In this document: positions 40,813 through 58,430 of the stretch, piece after piece
Layout of the letters: each line of letters opens with the position of its first letter
Numbering within the stretch: the first letter of the stretch is position 1
Assembly: GCF_009914755.1 (NCBI RefSeq)
Contig: NC_060938.1
Reading direction: 5' to 3' (one strand)
Source: the human T2T-CHM13v2.0 reference genome, Homo sapiens
DNA: 64,000 nt
Position numbers and translations under genes: made by a program
The notes under the pieces: model-generated
Seen by the model: the letters and a program-made list of their open reading frames with translations, nothing else
The model's database searches: none
What the model was told of the DNA's origin: nothing

Positions 40813-41619
40813 TAACACAATTCTTATTACTTCTGTTTCAATTTTACAAAGCCATAGGTTTTTAATCTGGGAAACCTTTGAGAAAACATCCAGATAAATT
40901 TATAAATAGAAAAATAAATTCAGACACATATAATTAAGTTTATGATCTAACAAGTGGGTGACAACCGAAAACTTTCCAAGTTCCATAAACTGAAGTGAAA
41001 GGATCACTTTCCTGAAAATATTACAAAGGCTTGATAATTACCTGGATTGTACTAAAACCTACACAATCTAGTATATTCTATAGCAGCAATTCATAAAGAC
41101 AGCTTCACTTACCATGTAGAATTTATACATACATTAAATTTAAGGAATGCATTACTTGCTATTGGAGTAGGATAATAAACTCCCAGCAGAACTGATTTTC
41201 ATGAATGCCTATTAAACTATCATTGATGTAGAAATTAAACAATATATTAAGCTATTCAGACCCAGATTGTGAGAGACAGAGAAAAACTTCAAAAAAGTTC
41301 AGCTACCAAATCCCTTCCTCAATAGCTCTTTGAGTCTCAAGACAGTTTCAACCACACACATCCTCAGAGTCTTATGGTCCAAACAACATTTGACTGCAGC
41401 TCTAAAGTAAGCAAACATTTGAAAAGAAACTCAAAGATCTATACCTGTAGTTATGGTCAAGGAAGTCCACCTACTGGTGGGTGAGCATGGCAAGGATAGG
41501 GACTAAGCCAAATGATGGGTTTACCAAAACAGAAACAAGAGAAGTCATTGGAAGCACAGTCCAGGTTATAACAGGAGCCCAGGCACTTGATGTGGGAACC
41601 CTATTTGTCTCATTCAGCA

Positions 41620-41745
41620 CCTAGAGTTTTAACGTCCTATGAGGCACAGCTAATGCCCTTCATTATTTTTTTGTAATTGACTGCATAGTTTAGAACTATG
41701 CCTTGAATTTAATATCTATCTGTTGAATAAATGAATTAATAATGA
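41620..41745 (+). mobile_element. L2 3' end relic
   Basis: Ends ...ATCTGTTGAATAAATGAATTAAT, the typical L2 terminus. Confidence 0.4.
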
Positions 41746-42407
41746 TGAAAATCTGTCCACAGGTTATGTGCAGTACTGAAGAGCAACTTCAGCTATTGAG
41801 GTATGTATCAGAAGTCTTACTCTCCAAAAAGCCTCTGGTTAGTTACTGATATACGTTGCTGATAATTTCACTCTCACAATGTAGGGGAAGCAGGAATGTT
41901 ATCTGGCCTCTTGGCTCCACTTCCTTTGCCTTCCACAGATCTCTCTGCTGGTTCACAGAGGAACACTTTCGTGGCTCTCAGTTCATTTTGCAATTCTGCT
42001 AGAATCTCATTCCATCCTCAGTTGTAACTACCTTGTCCTTCACCCAACGCTTATTTACGGAGGGACAGATAGCAAGAAGAAATCGCACTCTGGATTACAA
42101 AGTGGGAAGACACACCCCTTGGCCAGAATGCCTGCCTCCTATGTTCATGAAGGATATTTCTAATTGATCTCGGCACTCTTTTCCATTGAGCCCATGTCCC
42201 AAATTGGCCGTGAGTTAGGGAGAGGACTCTAGAGTGGGAAAGCTGTACCCAAAACTTCCCTAATCTGACTATCAAGCCTAAAAAATTAAACTTTCAATTC
42301 AACATCCCTTGTTTCTCCAACTTGGAGTGCCTGATGGTGTGGGAAGCCCCTACTCATAAAAATTCATAGTTGAAGATTGTTGGTAATTTTGCCCAACCTC
42401 CTTCTTT

Positions 42408-42857
42408 TCTTTTTATTCTACTTTAAGTTCTAGGGTACATGTGCACAACGTGCAGGTTCATTACATATGTATACATGTGACATGTTGGTGTGTTGCACCC
42501 ATTAACTCGTCATTTACATTAGGTATATCCCCTAATGCTTTTCCTCCCCTAGCCCGTCACCCCACAACAGGCCCCGGTGTGTGATGTTCCCCTTCCTGTG
42601 TCCGTGTGTACTCATTGTTTAATTCCCACCTATGAGTGAGAACATGTGGTGTTTGTTTTTTTGTCCTTGTGATAGTTTGCTGAGAATGATGGTTTCCAGC
42701 TTCATCCTTGTCCCTACAAAGGACATGAACTCATCATTTTTATGGCTGCATAGTATTCCATGGTGTATATGTGCCACATTTTCTTAATCCAGTCTATCAT
42801 TGTTGGACATTTGGGTTGGTTCCAAGTCTTTGCTATTGTCAGTAGTTCCTCAATAAA
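42408..42857 (-). mobile_element. 5'-truncated L1PA 3' end (~450 bp)
   Basis: TACTTTAAGTTCTAGGGTACATGTGCACAACGTGCAGG...ACAGGCCCCGGTGTGTGATG. TSD CTCCTTCTTT at 42398-42407 and 42858-42867. Confidence 0.93.
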
Positions 42858-44217
42858 CTCCTTCTTTCTTTGCCTAGTTACACCTCAATGCAACCTGCTG
42901 GCAGGCCAGCCTTAAGCCCAGCAGTCCAACCATGCATCTAAGCTGAGTTCTCATCAGAGCCAACTTCAATTATAAACAACTGAGATGATGCCAGAGGCCA
43001 GAATCCCTGAGAACCCAATTTGCTGTCATCACCACAGCTGAAACAAGGCGCTTGGCATCTAGAAAAGCTGATCTGTAGGAAATTTCCAATAGAGTTCAAG
43101 TTTTTCTAAGTTTAAAGTGTACAATATCATCAAGGTGAGACACTCAAGATAAAACTAGGCTTGTGTTTAAATATAATAAAAATATTTGAAGAATAGTAAG
43201 AGTGGTGACTACTTTTACACAGGAATGTTTCAAATAAATTGTTTTTTTCTTGTGCCTTTTAAATTTTGTGATTTGTCAATGAGATGCTGACATGTTTTTA
43301 ATGAAGCATGCCTTGTAAAATAATAAGTGAATGAAAACTACACAGTAATATTTACATCAACAAAGCTAGAAGAAGACTGTATGTCTCAAGAGGCTCCATC
43401 ATCTACCCAGTGGCCACTTCACCAAATTAAGATCCAAATACCAAAAAGAAAAGTAATTAAAATTTGTGTTGTATGCCTTATAAGACCAAACCTATAAAAT
43501 GAGGGGAAACTTCACAATTACTTGTAATTTGCTCTGTGGAATTGTAACAGATGGATTATAAAGATGATTCCATGATAAACATGTAAATGTGGTTACTACC
43601 TTCTGTGCTTTCTTGGTTCATATTTTTATTGTTTTTTTCTTTATAAACAGATAATTCATTCTTATCTATGGCAATGCAAACTTTTCAGATGTATTGAATA
43701 TGTCATAGTGTTTTTCTATTGTAGGCATCTCTAAAAAAGTTATAGAAAACAAACAGAGAAAAGTCTGGTGTTGGAAAGGAGAGAGAAATAAAGCTTGTAA
43801 AGGAATGAAGATTAGAGCTTTCTGGAGATAAAAATTCTTAGAAGATACAAAAGCTAGTTACTGAATTAGATGAAGGTTCTTTTTCAGTTTTTCCCAGTTG
43901 TTCACCTCTTAGAAGGCACATATTCACAGCAGAAAAGAAAAATGTGTTAAAAAGAAAATACCTCGGTGTAGTGAGACTGTAATTTCATGAGGGCATTACT
44001 GAAGACTCACTTTTTCCAGCATCACTCAGCATGGTATTATGCATGTGTGTAATGTAAAGGAAAGTGAATACGCATTCTTGGATGGGTGATCAAATCGTAA
44101 TTCCAGAATATAATCAGAAGCTGATTCATTATCCTCTTGAGATTTCACAATCTTTTCATCAGGAATTAAAATTCAGAAGAGGGTAAATGTATCTAATCAG
44201 TTGAAAGTTAAAAATTA

Positions 44218-45231
44218 GAGGATGGAGGCAACATGGCCGAATAGGAACAGCTCCAGTCTACAGCTGCCAGCGTGAGTGATGCAGAAGACAGGTGATATCT
44301 GCATTTCCAACTGAGGTACCAGGTTCATCTCACTGGGGAGTGCTGGACAGTGGGTGCAGCGCACCATGCATGAGCCAAAGCAGGGAAAGGCATCACCTCA
44401 CCTGGGAAGCAGAATGGGTCAGAGAATTCCCTTTCCTAGTCAAAGAAAGGGGTGACAGATGGCACCTGGAAAATCAGGTCACTCCCACCCTAATACTGCG
44501 CTTTTCCAACAGGCTTATCAAATGGCACACCAGGAGATTGTATCCAGCACCTGGCTTGGAGGATCCTACACCCACGGAGCCTCACTGTTTGCTAGCACAG
44601 CAGTCTGAGATCAAACTGCAAGGTTACAGTGGGGCTGGGGGAGGGGCTCCCGCCATTGCTCAGGCTTGAGTAAGTAAACAAAGCAGCCAGGAAGTTCGAA
44701 CTGGGTGGAGCCTAACACAGCTCAAGGAGGCCAGCCTGCCTCTGTAGGCTCCACCTCTGGGGGCAGGACACAGACAAACAAAAGACAGCAATACCCTCTG
44801 CAGACTTAAATATCCCTGTCTGACAGCTTTGAAGAGAGTAGTGGTTCTCCCAGCATGCAGCTTGAGATCTGAGAATGGGCAGACAGCCTCCTCATGTGGG
44901 TTCCTGACCCCTGAGTAGCCTAACTGGGAGGCACCCCCCAGTAGAGGCAGACTGACATCTCACATGGCCGGGTACCCCTCTGAGTCAAAACTTCCAGAGG
45001 AACGATCAGGCAGCAGCATTTGCAGTTCACCAATATCCACTGTTCTGCAGCCACCGCTGCTGATACCCAGGCAAATAGTGTCTGGAGTAGACCTCCAGTA
45101 AACTCCAACAGACCTGCAGCTGAGGGCCCTGACTGTTAGAAGGAAAACTAACAAACAGAAAGGACATCCACACCAAAACCCCATCTGTATGTCACCATCA
45201 TCAAGGACCAAAGGAAGATAAAACCACAAAG
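44218..45231 (+). promoter_or_regulatory. L1 5' UTR: internal sense promoter and antisense promoter region, CpG-decayed, retaining the 129-bp segment (~44975-45103)
   Basis: UTR is ~1014 bp. YY1-type motif AACATGGCCG near the 5' end. Extra segment between GGCCGGGTA and CCAACAGACCTGCAGC that L1HS lacks. Promoter function is inferred from family knowledge. Confidence 0.7.
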
Positions 45232-46245
45232 ATGGGAAAAAACAGAGTAGAAAACCTGGAAACTCTAAAAATCAGAGTGCCTCTCCTCCTGCAAAGGAAT
45301 GCAGCTCCTCACCAGCAATGGAACAAAGCTGGACGGAGTATGACTTTGACGAGTTGAGAGAGAAAGGCTTCAGAAGATCAAAGTACTCCGAGCTAAAGGA
45401 GGAAGTTCGAACCAGTGGCAAAGAAGTTAAAAACTTTGAAAAAAAATTAGACGAATGGATAACTAGAATAACAAATGCAGAGAAGTCCTTAAAGGACCTG
45501 ATGGAGCTGAAAACCATGGCACAAGAACTACATGACAAATGCATAAGCCTCAGTAACCGATGTGATCAACTGGAAGAAAGAGTATCAGCGATGGAAAACG
45601 AAATGAATGAAATAAAGCATGAAGAGAAGTTTAGAGGAAAAGGAATAGAAGAAATGAACAAAGCCTCCAAGAAATATGGGACTATGTGAAAAGACCAAAT
45701 GTATGTCTAATTGGTGTACCTGAAAGTGACGGGGAGAATGGAACCAAGTTGGAAAACACTCTGCAGGATATTATCCAGGAGAACTTCCCCAATCTAGTAA
45801 GGCAGGCCAACATACAAATTCAGGAAATACAGAGAATGCCACAAAGATACTCCTCGAGAAGAACAACTCCAAGACACATAATTGTCAGATTCACCAAAGT
45901 TGAAATGAATGAAAAAATTTTAAAGGCTGCCAAGAGAAAGGTCAGGTTACCCACAAAAGGAAGCCCATCAGACAATCTGCTGATCTCTCCTCAGAAACTC
46001 TACAAGCCAGAAGAGAGTGGGGGCCAATATTCAACATTCTTAAAGAAAATAATTTTCAACCCAGAATTTCATATTCAGCTAAACTAGGCTTCATAAGTGA
46101 AGGAGAAATAATATACTCCACAGACAAGCAAATGCTGAGAGATTTTGTCACCACCAGGCCTGCCCTAAAAGAGCTCCTGAAGGAAGCACTAAACATGGAA
46201 AGGAACAACTGGTACCAGCCACTGCAAAAACATGTCAAATTGTAA
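45232..46245 (+). pseudogene. L1 ORF1p (RNA-binding protein), frameshifted
   Basis: ATG at 45232 is out of frame with the EQSWTEYDFDELRE... segment (45318-45689). Further frame breaks occur before KRPNVCLIGVPESDGENGTKLENTLQDIIQENFPNL (45686-46087) and near 45930. Stop TAA at 46243-46245. Confidence 0.92.
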
Positions 46246-46308
46246 AGACCATCAAGGCTAGGAAGAAACTGCATCAACTAACGAGGAAAATAACCAGCTA
46301 ACATCATA

Positions 46309-50130
<3,822 letters not shown>

Positions 50131-51019
50131 ACAATGAGAAAACATGGATGCAGGAAGGGGAACATCACACACTGGGGACAGTTGTGGGGTGGGGGGAGGG
50201 GGGAAGGATAGCATTAGGAGATATACCTAATGTTAAATGACGAGTTAATGGGTACAGCACACCAACATGGCCCATGTATACATATCTAACAAACCTGCAC
50301 GTTGTGCACATGTACCCTAAAACTTAAAATATAATAATAAAAAAAATTAACAGGAGACTTTTATACAGATAAATTTGCTTTGCATCATGATCAGCACTAA
50401 AGAGCATCATAGATTTAAACCATATTTTCACAGTTAAAACAATGTAACCAAATATGCAATATATTATGTAACATTCTACAAGATGTTTTCAAACATGCAA
50501 ACTGACCTTTAAAACAATTTTGCATAAAATAACATTTCTAGGTAAGAGAAAATACAGACATGTGGTTAGGGCAAAATATTTCTGTTCAAATTACAAAATA
50601 CTGAATGACAAATCACAGGATAGAAAAGAATTATATTGTACCTGGAATTTGAAGTCTTCAAATTTATTTAGATATACGTATCTATATGTATTAATAGAGA
50701 CATATTTAACTGATTATAAGTTTAGAACATTTATATTTTAAAGATGTCATTCTTTAAAAATTATTAATATCTACAGGATTGATACAGATATTTTAATTTT
50801 AAACAAATATTTTTCACTAATGTGACCAGTATTTATGTCCTATTTCATTAAACAGACATTTCAAGATTTTTTAGAGTTAATTTTTAAAAATTAAGTATCA
50901 CAAATATTTCTGAAGTACTACCTTAAAAAATAAAACTCTTTCCTAGCTTTTCATATAGTTAAACATTTTCATAATGACTAAAAAGATAAAAATAAATTAG
51001 CAACCATAATTAAATTAGA

Positions 51020-51290
51020 ATTCTACTTTTTATATCAGATGAAATACTACATAAAATGTCCAGAAAATCTAGTGTTAATGAGGCTGTGCAGCCTGGACAT
51101 TTGATGTCTCATCTGTGGGAATGTGAACTAACCCAACCATTCTGAATAATTATTGACTCTGTGTGTTAACAGTCTAGAGTCCTGAAACAAGGATCTTAAT
51201 TCTAAAATAAAATCCTATTCTAAGAATATACCAAGGGTTGATAATCAAGGAAGTTTCAAAGTTATAGAGAAGAACCTTCATCCTAGCATT
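51020..51290 (+). mobile_element. Ancient L1M relic
   Basis: AGTGTTAATGAGGCTGTG...TGTGGGAATGTGAACTAACCCAACCATTCTG resembles degenerate L1 ORF2 3' sequence. Confidence 0.35.
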
Positions 51291-51492
51291 ATATATGTAA
51301 TCATCCATATAAACCACATAGTGTTGAATGAAATTACAGAAAAACAAAGAGCCTACAGAATATGTTTCTCTTTGTGTACAACAGTAAATGTACACATCTA
51401 TCCATGTAAAATTTTACATCTCAGGAAGATAGGTACCAACATGTTAACATGCTATATCTATAAGATAAGAAATTTTACTTTCCTACAATTTC

Positions 51493-51604
51493 ATACACAC
51501 ACACACTCTCAAACATACATACCCACACACCGAGGATATATACACACACAAATATATATATAAACATACATGTTTATATAGGTACACACACACATACATA
51601 TACA
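51493..51604. repeat. Degenerate (CA/TA)n low-complexity tract
   Basis: Alternating ACAC/ATAT runs. Confidence 0.7.
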
Positions 51605-51949
51605 CAGATGGTCAACAAATTATAATGGTTCAATTTATGATTTTTTTTACTTTATGATGAAGCAAAAGTGATAGCTTTGAATAGAATATAACCATTCTGC
51701 TTTTCACTTTCAGTACAATATTCAACAAATTACATAAAATATCCAAAACTTTATTATAAAGTGGGTTTTGTATTCAATGATTTTGCCCAATTGTCAGCTG
51801 ATGTAAGTGTTCTGAGCACATTAAAGGTATGCCAGGCTAAGCTGTGATATTCAGTAAGTTAGGTATTAAATACATTTTTAACTTACTGTATTTTCAATTT
51901 ATAATCAGCTTATCAAGACTTAACCCCATTGTACATTGAAAAGCATTTG
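51605..51949 (-). mobile_element. MER47A (TcMar-Tigger MITE)
   Basis: Reverse complement matches MER47A: AACCATTCTG.TTTTCACTTTCAGTACA, TTTGCCCAA.TGT.AGCT.ATGTAAGTGTTCTGAGCAC.TT.AAGGTA.GCCAGGCTAAGCT. CAGATG terminus on the left and a TA flank on the right. Confidence 0.8.
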
Positions 51950-52052
51950 TATTGCATTAAACATGTTATATATATTTTTAATTGAAATTACTGGCAACTT
52001 TTGAAAAAATGTAATGAAATAATGTGCTTTGCTATTGGTTAAAGTGTTTTTG

Positions 52053-52368
<316 letters not shown>

Positions 52369-52884
52369 GTTTTCAGCTTCAAGTAACAGAATAGTCAACT
52401 AATTAAAGAAAAAAACAAGGAGCAACTTTTACCAAATCGCACAACAAATAGATGGTATCAATGCTTACTTAATTCAACATGATCCACTTTGTGATTCTCT
52501 TATCTTTCTACCTATGTTTTCAAGATGGCTATGGCATTCCCAGCCTTACAACTTCATGTGACAAAATCCAATGGCAGGAAATAATAAGTGACGGCATTTT
52601 GGAACTTTAAGGAAAAACTTTAAGGATTGGAAAACAGGGATGCCATATGTCCAGTAACATGGGATAGCCGTTCCTAATTAAGGATTGCTGTATGTCCTGA
52701 ATGACTTTCTAATGTAATGAAGGTGAATAACCTGCTTTGTTTAATTATACAATCCCAAATGTAACTGCCTAAGTGCCAAGTACTTTTGCATGGTTTTAAT
52801 ATGCCATGAATTTTGCAAGAATGAAACTACTATGTATATGAGAAAAGATGGTAGATTTTTTCATTTAGATACTCATTTCAGAGT

Positions 52885-53304
52885 CTCAATAGGAAAAACA
52901 GAACACACTCAAACTAAGATAATTTAACATGGGTTTATTTCCAAAGAGACTACTTACGAAAATGTCAGGGGAGAAGGGTGAAGGAATCACAGAAATCACA
53001 CCCCACAATAACTCTGGGTTAGTAGCAGCAGGCAGAGTTCTGGGGAGTAAACTTCCCTGATCACGCAAGGAAACACTAATTTTCTTATGAAAAAGATTGG
53101 TCAAGGAGACCTAGCAGAGAGGGAGTTTAGGCAATAACCCCCAATCCCATTTCCTCCTTCCCTTTAATCTCATGAACATGCATAGAAGGCAATGAGCAAG
53201 GGAACAGATTGAGATATTCAATATGGACCATTCCACTTGGACAAAAGCCAGTAAATAGGGGAGTATAACAGGGGACAAGGGCCAAACAGAAAGTATCTAT
53301 TACA
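52885..53304. mobile_element. Probable ancient ERVL/MaLR-type LTR relic
   Basis: AGGAAAAACAGAACACACTCAAACTAAG...TTTATT start and ...GGGCCAAACAGAAAGTATCTATTACA end resemble old LTRs. Family not resolved. Confidence 0.3.
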
Positions 53305-56174
53305 TTTACCAATGCAGATCAATCATGTCAAAAACAGAAATGGCAGTTTTGGCATTTGGTTATTCAATGAAACTATATTTGTAGTTTTTTATTTACAATG
53401 TTTCAAGGTATGGGCGAAGATATGAAAATATCATTATGTTCTATTTTATTTGATATGTAAATGTTCTGGCACAATTATATACATTTTGGATCATATATTG
53501 ACAGTAAATTATTTCTCCTTTGTTAGCTTCAGCATAACATTAATATTTTCAACAACTTGAATGCATACATTGTGTTCTCACTAATAGTTTAGAATAGTGA
53601 AGGGGTCTTTGAAGAATTTCTTATGAAGTAGAGGCATTGGGTCAGACAGAGACGAAAACCATTGGCTTAGATTAATCACTATTTATCCTAGGGCTGAAGA
53701 GGGCCAATTGAAGACACAAATGTCCAATCCCTTTATGACCTTGGAGTTCTATGAACCAGAGAAATAGAGACTGGTTCTTAAGGAGGTAATAAGTGTGCCT
53801 TCTATGGTTTATAATAATATGCATTGTCTTAACAATCGAATACTTAAAAGTTAATGCCCTCATAATATGCAAAATTTTTAATAAGCACATTGGTCCCTGT
53901 GTTCAAGTAGTTGGTAATCAAATTAGCGAAGTATGGTAAGTCTTTTGAAGAGCATTAAACAGCAGAGAATGTAAGAAATTTGTCTCTATAATAGTGTGGG
54001 CCTTCTGTGTTTCCTAAGGGCACATTCATATGATCTAATAACTGAGCAGAGAGAAGCCTAAAGGATAGTTTTTGGTTTCATTTGTTTGTTTTTCCAATTA
54101 ACATACATTTCTAGATTAAAGGTCAACTATCTTTTCCTTGGGAGTCAACTATAGGAGAAGATAGTGAAGAGGCAAGGAAAATTACAGCAGCTCAACAGCT
54201 TTACCCTGGAAATATCTGTATTGTGTACCGCTATAGCCTACCTTTATCAGTCAGATAACAATGTCAAAGAGGCAAGCTTGGCACCATTGCTCTTAGTGAA
54301 TCCCTGCTGCCAGCCTTTTATCCTAAGTGCTCTCCAAAGACCCATTTAATGGACCTTCCTGAAATTGTGCTCAGGATCAATATGAGGCTCATTGATACAG
54401 CATTTTTGGAACTCACCATTTGCTTATTTATTAAACCTGGGATAGTTGCCCGACTTCTATCATCTGAAATCCTCTCCATGACTTTCAAAGTTACCAACAT
54501 TGGTTCCAACATCATTCCTAGAAAACATTTCAGTGGAGTATATTTATCTGACATTTGACTGTATTTATAGCAGTAAGAATCTATGATGATTCCTCCCAAA
54601 ATAATCCCACAATTACACATTTTGGGTCACCTTGAGGGTCTTATCCTTAATATCAGAGATCTGTTCTATACATTTGAGTCTTAGAAATAATTACTAGCTT
54701 CTCTCTGAATTTAACTGAGGTTCCTTACTTTTATTCAGCCTGTTACCTAAATTACATAATGTATTGAAGGCTATAAACTGTCCAAATTTCTGATTACATT
54801 GAGTTAAAAATGGGAATATGACTTTCTTTTTCTAACTTGGCAAAGATTATGTTTTTTTTCATGAAGAAATATAGGCATATTTAAACACTCAGGATCTGAG
54901 AATTTGAAATACATGAAACTTAGCAAGTGGTCTTTAAGTAGTTTTCATTTCTAAATTATAGTACATACCATTGAATGCTACAGAAGGAAAGACAATGAGG
55001 GATTACTCATAAACATTGCCTTTATGATATCCTTCCAAAGAAAACCAAGTGTCCCTGTGCTTGGACTCATAAAGCAGAAATGCTTACCTTGCTTTTATGT
55101 CACTAACAAACAATTGTGCCTAGTCATTTAATTCTAACGCATTTAAGCCATCTAGAGAGTGGAGCCCCTAGGGAAAACTACAAATGGAAAATTCATTGAT
55201 TTTTGATTTTGCTTTCCTATGGATTAAATTTAACACTTTCTTGTAAATCTCTCCCTTTACAGATCATATGTGATAAATAGTTATCCAACTTTCTAGATGT
55301 CCACCCAGAGCTGCTTCCATATGAAGAGGTGGAAACGGATTCTGTGCATGATACTGGTTAGGATCGGGAACTGTTTTTTTTTAAAGGAGATTTTTAAAAT
55401 TTGTTTTCCTTGTACACATAGCCTTAATATTGTGTTGCTAACTGCCCTCTGGGAACAAAGTCATACCAATCACAAATACATTGCCTAAAGTGGGATGGTT
55501 ATTACTCTGCTGTGAATTGCACCTCCTATTATGTTTTAAAGATGCTACAAACTTGAGACATTACTATGTAGATGACATTCCCAGCAAATCCCCAAACAAC
55601 ACTTAATGAGATTTCAAATACCAGGATCATGAAACAGTAAGAGATATAAGGAAATAAAGAAAAACACAGTATATGTGTAGAAGGCATTAAAACACAAATT
55701 TTATAATTACGAATGCATATAATAAGGAACAAGTTTTATTCTAAATAGCAATTATATCAGAACTACGATACAGGGAATAAAAGTGAATATTAAGCCATTG
55801 TACCAACAATAACAGAGCCCCTTTTCTGCTGCGTGATGGAATTTAGTGTTTACTAAGGAAGAAAAAAATGCAAGATATCTTAAATTTGGTACTTTCCAAC
55901 AAATTTAAGAAATGTGTACACACTTGAGGAGACTTAAGAAGTCTCTGACTAAAACACTAGAAAAGAAAAGCAGTGAAAAACCAAATAAGTATTACTCAAC
56001 AATAACAACATTTGTTACTATTATATTAATATTAAACACACTATTAAGCAACAACATTTCAGTTACTCACTGAGCCCAAAGTCATTTTTCATGAACCATT
56101 CACAACACTGATAACCTATTGAAAAATGATTGAAAACAAAAAAGCTTATTTCTTTCCAAGTCCTTTTAAAGCCT

Positions 56175-56320
56175 TCTCTTGTGTCATTTCATATAATCCT
56201 TATAACAAATCTATGGAGTATATACTGACTTTATCTCTGTACAGAAAAGAAAACTGAATCACATTCAGAATAAGTTGCAAAGATCCCCAGATAATCAGTG
56301 TCATAGGTGAAATATGATGT
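56175..56320 (-). mobile_element. MIR relic
   Basis: CATTTCATATAATCCTTATAACAAATCTATG...TACAGAAAAGAAAACTGA is the antisense MIR core. Confidence 0.55.
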
Positions 56321-56345
56321 CACAGTGTACTCAAGAGTAATTTAG

Positions 56346-56585
56346 GGAAGCAGTACAAATGATGGTTGAAAGCACAGGTTCTGGGATAAATAGCCTGAAG
56401 TCAAAATCTAGTTCATATCCTCAGTGGCTGTGTGATCTTGGGAAATTTCCCTTAACTCTCTGTGTCTTGATTTTATAGTTTCATCCATTTTTGCCTCTCA
56501 TATGATCTGGTGAGCGTTACACTAGTTTATGCTTCTAGGACACTGAAAACAGTGCCTGGCTCTTGATAAATATTAACAATTTTGT
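56346..56585 (+). mobile_element. MIR
   Basis: GATGGTTGAAAGCACAGGTTCTGG...GGCTGTGTGATCTTGGGAAATTTCCCTTAACTCTCTGTGTCT...AACAGTGCCTGGC. Confidence 0.65.
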
Positions 56586-57197
56586 TTCATTTTCTTCACC
56601 TTGAGTATTTCATGGCCAGATGGAAATCAATGTCAATATGAAAAAATGTTCATAATTCAGCAGGAAGAAATACAAAACCATATAAACAACTTTGTTTTAT
56701 TGGCAAGTGTATTTGGAAGCTATGTTAAATTGAGAAGGGGAAGGGAAAGCCTCTAAGGATATCGATTAATCAATGACTGAAAGCTGATGAGACTTGTCTG
56801 GAATTTTTTTTTGGAGACTCTGAGACTTAAAATTTTGACAAAATAAGGAGATGAATTGAGTAGTGTGGAAGAGACATTTTCTGAAGTCAGCAGAGAAAGG
56901 AGAGACAAATATGGTAAGGGGAAAATGGTATGAAGTAATAATATGAATGAAGTGCTTTCTAAAGTATAACACATGTAAGTTGTGTTAAATGTAAACTATC
57001 ATGATTATATCATTACTGTCTGACTGATACAACTATATCCACCTCAGTTAGCCACATAAGATCAATTTTCCTATATCTTAGAGAATACCAGTAACCTCCA
57101 GTTCAGAAACAGCGTAAATATCTATCCACAGCTGAGCAGACACATACAGCTAGCTACCAGATGAAATGGGCTATATCTTCAAATACTATTGTTTTCC

Positions 57198-57424
57198 ATT
57201 TTTTAACTGTGGCAAAACACACTCAACAATTTGCATCTTAACCACTGTTAAGTATACAATTCAGTGTCATTAAATGTATTCACAATGTTGTGCAAGCATC
57301 ACCACCACCCATCTCCATAATTCTTTTTGTCTTGTAAAATTGAAATCCTGTATCCATTAAAAAGTGACTCCCCATTCCCCGCCCTCCCAGGGCAACTACA
57401 GCTTTACTTTCTGTCTTGATGAAT
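57198..57424 (-). mobile_element. L1MB-type 3' end
   Basis: TTAACCACTGTTAAGTATACAATTCAGTG.CATTAAAT.TATTCACAATGTTGTGCAA.CATCACCACCA.CCATCTCCA...CTCCCCATTCCCC. Confidence 0.7.
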
Positions 57425-58049
57425 CATACAATATCAAATGGAATTTTTAAGATATTTAAAATCTTTTGTCTGGAAGCGAAGTGGAAGTTAATATCAATGG
57501 CTATGCCTTCAGTGAGTTCTCAGACCACATTGCAATGTAGTTAACTATTTATCTTTTATTACGTTCTAGACCTATTATTTCTTTCTGGCACAAAAATATC
57601 TTCTTTGTAGATTATGGCATTTACCTCTATCTCCACACCTTTCTGCGTCTGTCATCCACAGATCATCAGCCTCTTGCTTAGTCTCCATTTAATGACAATT
57701 TCTATTTAGTATACAAGAGTCCTTCCCCCCGCAATGCAATTTCTTCACTCTGAAAAGCTCTGACTCTGGCTACTGGTCTCTGTTATGTACTCATCCCTAG
57801 AGCCATGTCTTCAAATATTTCTCAGAACTTCTTCACATCTAAAAATCTAGGATTAATGTATTGCTCTCTGATTATATTCTTCTGGTATTTCAAGTATCCT
57901 GTATAACTTCTTCATCTGCCCTTGCTTTTCTTCTACATCAAGATGTCAAGTTCATGGACTTCCCAATTAATCATTTTAAAAATTTATTTCAAGCCTTTAT
58001 GAGTCACTACAATGTACATATGTTCTCAGGAATTATGACCCTACAATTT

Positions 58050-58430
58050 GTATATGAGAATAGTTCCTGTGTCAGGCATTATGGACATAAGAGTAAATAA
58101 ATTCTAGCCCCTGCCTACAAGGAGCTAATTCCCAGCCTAAGACAGATTGTAAGCCAATAATATGCAGAGTTGTAAGTCTAAGGAAACTGATTGGGATGTA
58201 CCTAATTCGAGCTGGGAATATCAGAAGAAAAACTTTTTGAAAGTCATGAGACATGAGCTGTGCCTAAAAGAATAAAAATAGAGTGAGAAATAAGAATAAA
58301 TAAATTAGGGAATGAGATGGGTATAATAGTAGAAAAAGGAAATCTCTTTAGATAAAACAGGGTATGAGAGTATATAGGAGGCTTATTAACTCAGTGTGGT
58401 TGGAGAAAACAGGTTGAAAGGAGAAATAGG
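58050..58430 (-). mobile_element. L2 relic
   Basis: CCTGTGTCAGGCATT...GCCCCTGCCTACAAGGAGCT followed by purine-rich L2-like sequence. Confidence 0.45.

Noticed and set aside
41880-43036. Possible old LTR (TG...CA) interrupted by the 42408-42857 L1
   Set aside because: Composition is suggestive, but no TSD or recognisable family motif could be confirmed by eye.
56175-56585. Head-to-head MIR pair as a hairpin/miRNA precursor
   Set aside because: The copies are too diverged to see convincing complementarity.
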